From assembly GCF_009914755.1 (NCBI RefSeq), contig NC_060928.1: 64,000 nt of DNA, one strand, 5' to 3'. The notes under the pieces were generated by a model. The model did not search any database and was not told the origin of the DNA. It saw nothing but the letters and a program-made list of their open reading frames with translations. Below, one piece after another: positions 53,235 through 64,000 of the stretch (the stretch's first letter is position 1; each line of letters begins with the position of its first letter). The translations under genes and the position numbers were made by a program. The stretch comes from the human T2T-CHM13v2.0 reference genome, Homo sapiens.

Positions 53235-53262
<28 letters not shown>
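53212..53262. repeat. (TG)n microsatellite with a GCGC interruption
   Basis: Directly visible. Confidence 0.97.
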
Positions 53263-53266
<4 letters not shown>

Positions 53267-54504
53267 AGGTATGCACATAACCTCTTTACTACCTATGTGA
53301 ACAAGACCTACCTTTTAAAATCATTTGATCATCATCTTGAAAACTTAAGCCAGGCCACTGATAAAGGAAAAAGTCAACTTTAAATAAATTCTCCTAAATT
53401 TACCAACCTTTTCCAGAAGGAAATAGACTATGAACTTTTGCCAGAACATTCTCCTATGAATCTGTGATGATCTGAGACTGTCTTGCACCATTAACCAATT
53501 CACAAAATAGCCCTCCGTACAAATATATCTCCTCTGCATTCTTTGTGGTTTCAGAATGGACATTTATTTAAATGCAACCTACTGCAGTTATTTAATGAAA
53601 TTATTCACTATTTGTTAGGTTTTTAAATTTTTATTTTATCTTCTTATGAGAAGAAAACCAAAATTATCTGACCACTTATCATATCAATTTTTCTATAAGT
53701 TATTGTCCAAGGCAAATGTGAATATACAGATATGGGGAAGATTTAAAGGAATTATTCTATTTGCTTAAAACATCCTGTTTAGTTCATAAATCATGCTGTG
53801 TATAATAAATTTTGTACATTTAGATGTCCACCGAATTTTCATTTTGATTATACTCAGGATTTTTTTACTTCCTGTTCTTTTTTCAAAGTCTATTAAGGTA
53901 GGAAGATGGTTTTGAAGCAATTATCGTACAGAACATGTTCCATTAGCAGAATCAAGGTGTTCTGCTGCTCAAATTGAATAATGAGTATTCTCCCAACTTG
54001 TAGGACAAAATACTTACTGGAGAACATTTTTGTAATGTTGTTTTTCATGTGAATATATTTGTCTTAGAACATTGACTATTATTGCATCTTATTGATCCTA
54101 TATGTATGAAAGATATCTCATATGCCAAAAAATTGTGTGTTTGGATTTGATTAGTACCTAATGCTCAGTGTCTCAGTTTTGATGGTATTCCACAATAGCA
54201 CTGTGTCAATATTGTTCAGTGCTAACCAGCTGAACAATAGTGACAGCAACTGCTCTAAGTAAGAACTTTAAGAAAGCAAAAGGAAAAATTATAAGTGTGA
54301 AAAATATGAAGTGATGAAGTGAATATTCCTGGTGAATAAACCTCTTTGAGTACTATGGATATACTAAGCCATCTAGTGCACCTATATCAAATTATTCATC
54401 AAGTGCTCTTGAAAATTTTCCATAAGGAGAAACTTAGAAACTACCAGCTTAACAGAGTGAATTTTAAAGCTTGAGCTTTCCTTATTGGGATGAAAATGCT
54501 TCTC

Positions 54505-54826
<322 letters not shown>

Positions 54827-56314
54827 GAAAATGCTTCTCATAGTATACTATAAGAAATTTGGAAAAGTTTATTTACCATAAGTATTTCTGGTAAATAGTG
54901 ACAATTCAAATACTAACACTGATTTTATTTAAACAATTACATTTTTAAAAGGCCTCATTTAGATCGTCATAATTTTGCAGAAGAAGAGTTAGAAACGTAT
55001 TTTCAATGGTGGGGATGGTGATTCCTGTTTCTAACCCACAGAAGCACAATTATTACAAATAAAAATAAAAAGCCAAGCATGCAAGCCAGCCAGAAAGCAA
55101 GAAAAAAACAGACAAAAAAGCAAGTTTGAACAAAAGCCTATTGGGAAGGCAAGGGGCTCACTAGACTATAAGTCATTAATTGAATCACACAATGATGCCT
55201 TAGTTCAGAGAAGTTTTATTTTATTTTTTAAGGTTTTAGCCTGTTTCCTTCATTACTTTGATTTAGACCCATTATTGAAAATAATTTAAGAAGATAATGT
55301 CATTATTTGCATAAGACTTCTGCCCCCTTGAAAGCCACTATGCATGAGAAAGACAGAAAAATACAGAGAAAGATACTCAAAAAGTACAAATATCTATGGA
55401 AAATTTCTCACATTAGGGAATGCCAATGACACAATATGTATTTTTGTATTCAACTGACACTTAAAAATAAAGGCTTCTTTTCAAATCTAACATTTTTGTT
55501 AAAAGTAATTATTTAAATTCTGCCATTAATTAGTTTTGCCTTTTATTCAACAAGGCTTTTTAAAAATAATTTGAGGTTAAATTATTCATCTCTTATAAAT
55601 CATTTATGCATACATTTCTTAGATCATACCTGTGCATGATCAAGTACATCTATTCTTGTTTTCCAGATGACATGATGTCTCTACAAACAAATGCCTTTTC
55701 CAAATCTACAATTTGTCATAGGTAAAATAAGTCACTCTCATGAATTCTAGGTAGAGTGAGGGAAGACTATAGTGTAAAACTAAGTTCCATGCTCAGGGAT
55801 CTTCCTTTCAAAATCGTCCAATCTCCCTTAAATAAAATGCTACAATAGCACTATTTATAGCTGTAGAATGAGAGAAATTTGGAGCTTGGTCTCACTGAGA
55901 TGTCATATTACTGTCCTTAATCATGAAGCAACAAGAACAATCTTGAAGCTGGAAGTTGCCTAAAGAAAAAAAAGAAAAGAGCTAGATTCTAAAGAAAAGC
56001 ATTAGCAAGGCTGCTCAACAATTTAGAGCTTTAGAAATAGTGAAATCAGTCATCATCCTCATAAAGTTAGCAATTCCTTGCTGAAACTCAGACTTTCTGT
56101 TCTAAAATCTTAAGAGGAACTCAAATTCTCATTATTTTAGATGGAAAACATTATAAATGTTACAGGAATATTTAAAACTCTTGAAACAACTTCCAAAAAT
56201 GTAAATAAACTCTTTAGAATGCCAAGAAGAAGTATCAAACTATTATCTAAAAATATGAAATGCTTACACATTGCTACCTAGTCTCCAAAATGTCAATATG
56301 GTTATTAACAAACA

Positions 56315-56669
<355 letters not shown>

Positions 56670-57968
56670 TTACCTGTTTTGCTTCCTTTCATATGATTTC
56701 CTTCAACACTTTGTCAGTTTTAGGGGAAGATTCATTGTATAGTAATAGACAAAAAGAATGGCTAAATATAAAGGCATAGTGTAGTCATTTCCAGGATGAG
56801 ACCAATACAGCAGAGAAAGGTTCAGGTTGTATATTTTGCCATATCCTTCCATTAAGAGCCCAAAATTGCAAAAATCCTTTCTAATTGACATATCAGCTTC
56901 TTGAAATTTCTATACATGATATGGCATACTATCAATTACATTTGAAATGTCACTCGAGAATGATGTCCGATATTTTGTTAAAAATGTTGTTTTATAGAAA
57001 ATCACCTTTGGGAAAATAAACATAAATTGTTCCTATCTAAGTACCAGTTGAAAATCATGGTAATGAGAAACATGTATGTGTTGGGATATTGGGGTTATAA
57101 AACAAAAAAAATTTTATAGGGAAAATGTTACTAGAAGAAAGTCTACAGAAATTTCCCCAATTTGACATTTAGATTACAGAAAATTAGCAGAATCTTTTCA
57201 GTTTACATACAAAAGACCCCTCAGAAAATTCTGCCTAAGTTTTTTCAGCAATATGGAGAATATAGAAATGTTTATTTTGGAACTGAAACAGGACAAGTTC
57301 CCAATCTGAAAATGTTTGCTCAGAATTTCCAGGCATTTCTCTAAAAGACTTTGGAATATTGTAGTTGTTTAAGCTTATTACCTGCCTTCTAAGTCTCGTA
57401 AGCAATAAAAAATTTTTGGTGCTACTGCTTCAAGTTTTTAATCTATACCTTGACTACTTCATCTACCTTGACTGCATTCAGAACAGAAAGATTCTCTGTT
57501 CTATACTTTCAGCTTTGTCTCATGATTAATTATTGTGGTATATAAAGACACAATCACAGTTCAGTTTAATTAGCTATATGGCTTTACCAACAGCTGAATT
57601 GAGATATTTATTTATTTAGTTAGTTATTTAGTTTTACATTGGTTTCGTGCCCTTAGAAAGGCAAGCTGTTTCCAGATTGAAATTATTTCTGGTCATTTCT
57701 AAGAAAAACAAAAAGCTAGCAAAGTAGGAACAGGAAGGTATACATAAAGCACTTAAAATGTAAACTCCAGTTATTGAAATAATGATTGAATTAATGCTAA
57801 AATAATTTTATTACTAATTAATGAAAACATTCATTAATTTATAATTTGAATGAAATAAACTAGTTATAAAATTTGATATAGCCACCGTCTGTGTTTAGGA
57901 ATGTTTAAGAGAGGAAAGAAAACACAAGTATTTCAATATGCTTTTGGAGATAGTTATCCATCTATTGA

Positions 57969-58288
<320 letters not shown>

Positions 58289-60569
58289 TATTGACAATCT
58301 TTTATTGCGTCATGTATATAGTGACCAAAACAATCACTGTTCTCTGTGAATTTATCATTCATTCTCAATTTCTCAATTTATATTGTATATGAATACTGAT
58401 CAAATTATTATATTAAAAAAAATTAATATTTATAGATAACATACAGATTAGATACCATAACTAGACATATAAACATTGTATGCATACACATATTGCAATC
58501 TACAATGTTATGCTATATACGTTGTCATTTACAAACATTAGATTAATCTTTTATGTCATCATTTGATAACCATTTACTGTTTTTGAAATCTTTGAGCCAA
58601 GGACTGCTTTGAAGAAATGTATAGCTAACTATATAGACAATGTTCCCCTTTTGTTTACTTCATGCCCTCATATCTAATGAACATCCATAAAAATGAACTT
58701 CAGTTTGCTATCTCTCATGTTGAACCACCTTGAGGACAAGATATAGAGTCTATGATGTTTCAGTATTAGAGAAGCTGGAGATACCAAGTCTTTCAGGATT
58801 GAGGATCATCACTGTCTTTCTCTATAGTATCATTAATAAGGATTTGATCTCGATCTACATGTCGTCTTCCAAAAAGACTGTCGAATGCAAACTTTAAACT
58901 GCATAAGGTAAAATCTATCCATAAATGCTCCACTTGAGATTTACAGTGGATTTTTTTTTTTTTTTTGCAGAAATCTCTACTTTCCATTTGGATACAATTA
59001 GTAACTAAAGCCACGTTGATTTTTCCTTTCTTGCTCAACTAATGTTATTTGTTTGGTTGTTGTTTTTATTGTACATTACTGAGAACATTTTCAAGTCAGT
59101 TTGTACTCTTAGATAACTTGTAACTCAAGATATAGGCGGTTATTTAATATTTTGTCCCTGAGTCTGATCTTTTGTCTTTCTCTAATATCTGTTGTTTTAT
59201 CCAGTTCCAACCTGTTCACTTCCCCTTGTCGATTATTTGCATGAATTGAAAAGCATTTCAAACTCTTGCCAAATCTTTTTATCTTAGTGTTTCTCAACCT
59301 TAATCTATTTTCCTGTACTAAGTCTGTAATTCTGTCTCCACATTCTTTTCTACCCCATGAACTTATCTCTAATCACAGGCATTTTTCATGCATAAAGCCT
59401 GTAATACCTTGTGTTACTATTCATGCCATGTGCTCTCACAGATTCAGGAGATCAGCATTTATATTAGCACTCTGGGCCACATGAATCTATTTTCCCAGCT
59501 AAAAAATCTTCCTGTAGGTATGTGCCAAATGAGGGAGAGTGTCTGTAAACAAGTTTGTGTGACAACTATCACTGTTAATGCTATTTTTAAAAGTCATTTT
59601 CAGACAATATTGTCATTTGCAACAGGATTCAAAAAAAAAGAACAAATTGGACTAGAATATGAGTATCTCCTACCTTTTCACCTGACCTATGTGATTTCCA
59701 GATTTTATAGTTATCCCCTTCTGTTTAAGACACTTGACTCACACCTAAAGAGACAGCTCAGACACTAGCGCCTGCCTTAAGTAGGTGGTTCAGAGAAATG
59801 CTTAAACCAGCCGTCAGAACACAATATCAAGTACCTATTGTTCTAATTCTGACTTTGCTTCTTTATCTGATTGTACTGATTTTTAACTTACCCACCTGAG
59901 AGAATTCTCTAAATAACAGCATGCATAGTATCTTTTCATTTCCAGGACCTTGGTCCTACCTTCCTTATGCCATTTCCTCCTCTCTCTGCTATCTCCCCTC
60001 TTTTCATTCCTCTGTTATAGAGCAGGGGCTTTATATTAGAATCTAGCTTGTTAAAATTAGAACCACAACACCTCATGCCAGGGTTTCTAATTCATAATGC
60101 CTCCTCCTTTGTTTGCCAGAACTCTGCTATAAGCTCTGTGGGGACATCCTGCAATATAACTTTAGCCTTCCAGCTACATAGGCCCACATTGCTTTTTCCT
60201 GCACCCACCTGAGTACCAGGTATAGAGGCTGCTTATACTTCTTTTTACTTCTTTATATGTCTCATACTTCCTTTGACTGGTTCCCCAGAGCCTATGCACT
60301 TACAGTGGGGAGAATTAATTCCAAGACCTCCCACTTATTCATTGGCAAATTGAATTGAAATTATCCTTGACTATAAATATGGCCATTTGGGTACTAGCTA
60401 TGTCTCCTTTATTTTTCCTATCTTACCATGTTGATGTGTGTGATACTCACACTTTCCTCATTGAGCCATCTCCCACTCTCTTTTGTTCTTCCTGTTGATT
60501 TTAGCCTCTCGGTTTCTTTCTATTTCATTTTCCTTCCCATGTGGTTCAGGCTTTCATGCATCATTAATT

Positions 60570-61235
60570 AATTAATTCATTCATGTAACCAATATTTAAC
60601 AAACACATGTGCCTGCACTGTTTAAAGTACAGGGGATGCAAAGATAAATAAAACAGACTGTTCTCACTGAGATTTTGTAAGATGGACTATAAAAGGTAAA
60701 TAGAGAAAAGTTACAATAATTTGTTATTGCAATAAATTTCAGAAAGGAAATAAAATGGCATGATGTGCTGGAATTAAGAAACGATGAGAACAGGGAAAGG
60801 AGTTGCTTTACCTTATATGGTCAGGACCAGTCTTGGGACCAAGGATTTGAAGCAAAAATTTGATTAAGTGAAGAAGTGAGCTCTTGAAGAAGATCAATGT
60901 TCCAGGAAAAGAAAGATAAAGCAAAGGGCTTGAGGTAGAAAAGGGTTTAGTTTTTAGAAAAAAACAAGAAAACCTGACTAAAGTGGAGTGACTGCACAGG
61001 AGTATGAGTATGCAGTGAGTTTACAGATATTATTAAGACCTTGTAAAACATGAATAAAAGTTCACATTTTATTTTTAATGAAATGAGAAGTCAAACGAGG
61101 AGTCAAACCAGGAAGTTCAGATTTTCAATTTCAGCCAATGCAGTAGTCCAGGTGAGAAATGATGATGTCTTGGATCTGGGAAGTGTTAGTGATGACGGAC
61201 AGAAATAGACAAATACTTGGGTATATTTTGTCAAG
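60570..61235 (-). mobile_element. L2 LINE fragment
   Basis: ttcattcatgtaaccaatattta; gcaaagggcttgaggtagaaa; gcagtagtccaggtgagaaatgatgatgtcttgga. Confidence 0.85.
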
Positions 61236-61689
61236 TTGATACATCATCTAATGATTCTCTGGGGAATTTCATTCATGTCTCAGTGCTCCTTTATAATTTT
61301 TACATCTTCATAATATAGTCCAAGGTTTTACATCACATGCAGATTGATTCAATTTGGATATTCACAGTGTTCTCTGCTTCAGTAACCATTTGTTTTCTGG
61401 GAAGAATAAAATTATTTAGGAGTAGAGAAAAATATTCATAACCAGCCAACATTGACAGGTAGAATAAAATGATAGGCCAATGGAAGATTTGATTGTTGAA
61501 AAGGAATGAAAAGAATTATAAATGAAAATGGCAATATTTTAAAGAGAAGATAAATCAACATTGTATACAATAATTCATGACCTTCAACATGAGTATAAAT
61601 AATTTAGCTTGATATAAAAGATAATATTGAAGAAACACATTTTCGCATTGTCTTCTCCCGAAATAAGATAAAAGCCCTAAAATGTAAAA

Positions 61690-62200
61690 TACATTAGTTC
61701 ATGGCTCCCTAATGCTTATAGTACACCATTTAAAAGTTCAGCACAGTATTCGAGGCCTTCCAAAAATCTATCCTGCTAACCCTTATTTGTTATTATTTCT
61801 AACACATAACTCAAGCTTTTTCTACATTTAATTTTTTCATTATTCTCTGACTACTTCATACATTCTTTTGAGAAGTACTCACCTTTACTACTTCCCTACT
61901 TAGAATGTTTCCTCTTTTATTCCAACTCTAAAAATACTGCTTCATATACCACAACAGATATCACCATCTCTATGAAAACTACTCTGAGAGTGACATTGAC
62001 TTCTTTTGCCTCTATAATCCCACAGCACTTGCTATAAATCTGTCTAATTTCTATTTAGGTAAATGTATATCTCTGTTGTATCCACTGACTTGCAAACTGT
62101 ATAAAAACACATACATCATTTACTTTTTTCTTTGTACAATGACTACACAGAACAGCACATTTTGTGCAATAGGCTCCCAAAAATATGTGGCAAATTGAAT
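61690..62200 (+). mobile_element. L2 LINE fragment
   Basis: catggctccctaatgcttatag; ttcgaggccttcca; cttagaatgtttcc; aataggctcccaaaaatatgtgg. Confidence 0.7.
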
Positions 62201-62489
62201 TAAAATCTTATTTCACATAACCATAATCTAACCCACAAACCACAACTACTAAATTAATTTATAATCTGGAATGAAAGCAGGAACCATTTTGTTGTACTGT
62301 TCTTAGAGTCACTCATCAAGGCAGACTACATTAGTAACTTCATAGAGACTACAGTACAGTTTATATAGCATTCATACATTTCTTTGGTCTCGTAATAGTG
62401 GGAAGATCACATCCTTCATAAATGTTCATGACCATAATCATCAGCATCATGTTAGTAACAATAATAGAAGGCATGACAGATGATTTGCT

Positions 62490-62690
62490 AGCCATTCTCC
62501 TTCATTTTCTAAATTAATCCTACAGCACTGGTTTAGCAAGGTAGTTGCTAATTCCATTTTGGAAGGAGAAAATAAAGTTGAGAGGGGTTAAGTGAGTTTC
62601 CCAAGATCACTCAGTTAGAGAATAGCAGAGGGGAGATATAATTCCAGCTCTGTCTGATCCCAGAATACTTGCTCTTTCTCTGTATTACAC
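62490..62690 (-). mobile_element. MIR SINE
   Basis: ccattttggaaggagaaaa..gagaggggttaagtgagtttcccaagatcactcagttag..ccagctctgtctgatcccaga. Confidence 0.85.
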
Positions 62691-64000
62691 AGACACAGAG
62701 AAAACAAAGCATCATCTTAGAAAAGGGCAGGTCTGCACATTAAGTCTCTGTTGCCTGCTCTAAGAAGCAGAGAGGAGGGCCTGCATGCCCTATATACCTA
62801 TAAACCTGTGATGTTGGGTAGGTATTAAAAAGGTTTGCTGTTGGCCAACCACTAAGGGGCAGTGATACATAACAATCGGCACCTTGTGGCTCTGAGCAGC
62901 AAGTCATGGCAGCTATAAGTCCATTGCAGAAAAAAGAATTGAATCCTCTTGGTTTTATTTCTCAGTAGAGAACTGGAGCAGAAACAAAGCAAAACACTTT
63001 GTCTCCCCCCAGGATCTAGTTATACCTTTTACTAAGACAAACACATCACATTCAATTCTCCGATCTCATTGCTGATGAGAGAGAAATACATTCAGAGAAC
63101 CAACTGGAGCATCCAAATATCCCTCACACAAAAATAAGCAGTGGCTTTGTTTACAGATCTCTTTCCTTTCTTTACCACCGTCCTATGCTCATAGAGGCAA
63201 GCAAGTTAACTTGTATGAAAACATGTTCTCTTTTTGTTACTGAAGTTTAAGGTTTCAAATGGGCTATAATGTCTGAATGCTTGGACCCTAGCAATTAGGG
63301 TACTGGTAGTTAATGTCCTTCCAGCTCTGTCAGCTCCAGCTCCTTTACATAATATCCTCAAATATTGCTTTTATGCTGGACAAGGTTGGATGCATAGAAA
63401 TTGCTATTATAAAGGTTAGAGGGAAAATCCTTGTACTAGAGTTGACATGCTGTATTGATCCATATGAAATCCAACCATTACTGAGACAGATGGGGGAGCT
63501 CTGAGACTCTCAATCCAAAAATTGCATCCGTTATTGCTGATGCTGCTGTACATGCTGACAATAGCTACAGTCTGAAAAGCAGGGTTTACATGCCTGAAAT
63601 AAATTGTTTTGATTAGAACCTTTAGGAGAGAAAGTCATAAGGTACAGTTTTATTGACTACTTGCCAAACAACACGGACCCATGCACCGTAAGCTTGTTTT
63701 GCTCTTGTAAGTCAAGCAACAACTAGGCTTTTATTTTCTAACATTATGGACTTAGAGTATAATATATTGTCATTTACTTTGAATTATTGCACACGTGGCA
63801 TTTTAGGAAATGGTATTAATTTTCAAGTATTGCTGACTTCTCTTCATATCTTTGCTTGTGTATTTGCTTGTTTCCTTATAGCAGGTATACTTTAATTTTG
63901 TGTGATAAAATTAGACTGCTTTGATTGTGTGATAATCCATTAAGTGTTGTGGCCAACAAAGTGAGTTCAGAAAGCTGCTACTGGGCCCTAAGAAACAAAT

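Noticed and set aside
57442-57480. Short tandem duplications (also near 17382, 33043, 36260, 41080)
   Set aside because: Ordinary slippage products
58951-58970. Poly-T plus gcag resembling a splice acceptor
   Set aside because: No supportable exon or donor; such motifs are frequent in AT-rich DNA
59388-59768. 126-aa ORF in mostly unique sequence
   Set aside because: No recognisable domain, promoter or splice context; length compatible with chance

Overview
AT-rich, CpG-poor primate (most likely human) genomic DNA, intergenic or deep intronic, dominated by interspersed repeats. It contains two large decayed L1MA elements on the minus strand, older L1M/L1ME, L2, L3 and MIR relics, about 12 Alus, many MaLR/ERVL solo LTRs, one complete THE1A provirus inserted inside an AluJ, and MER20/MER53/MADE1 DNA-transposon MITEs. 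I find no supportable protein-coding exon, RNA gene or CRISPR array. The ORF track consists of repeat-derived or chance ORFs. I see no evidence of a new multi-gene system. Three structures stand out. (1) A ~520-bp copy of sequence from 6.9 kb downstream, inserted at 39.3 kb between 42-bp direct repeats with an AT-rich filler. (2) A long inverted repeat at 28.7-28.9 kb that I cannot assign to a repeat family; its stem mismatches are all G.U wobbles on the + strand. (3) A ~150-bp young L1 of the ACG/A class that appears to have reused the endonuclease site of an adjacent Alu. Subfamily names come from my memory of consensus sequences, not from a database search, and boundaries of old repeats are approximate.
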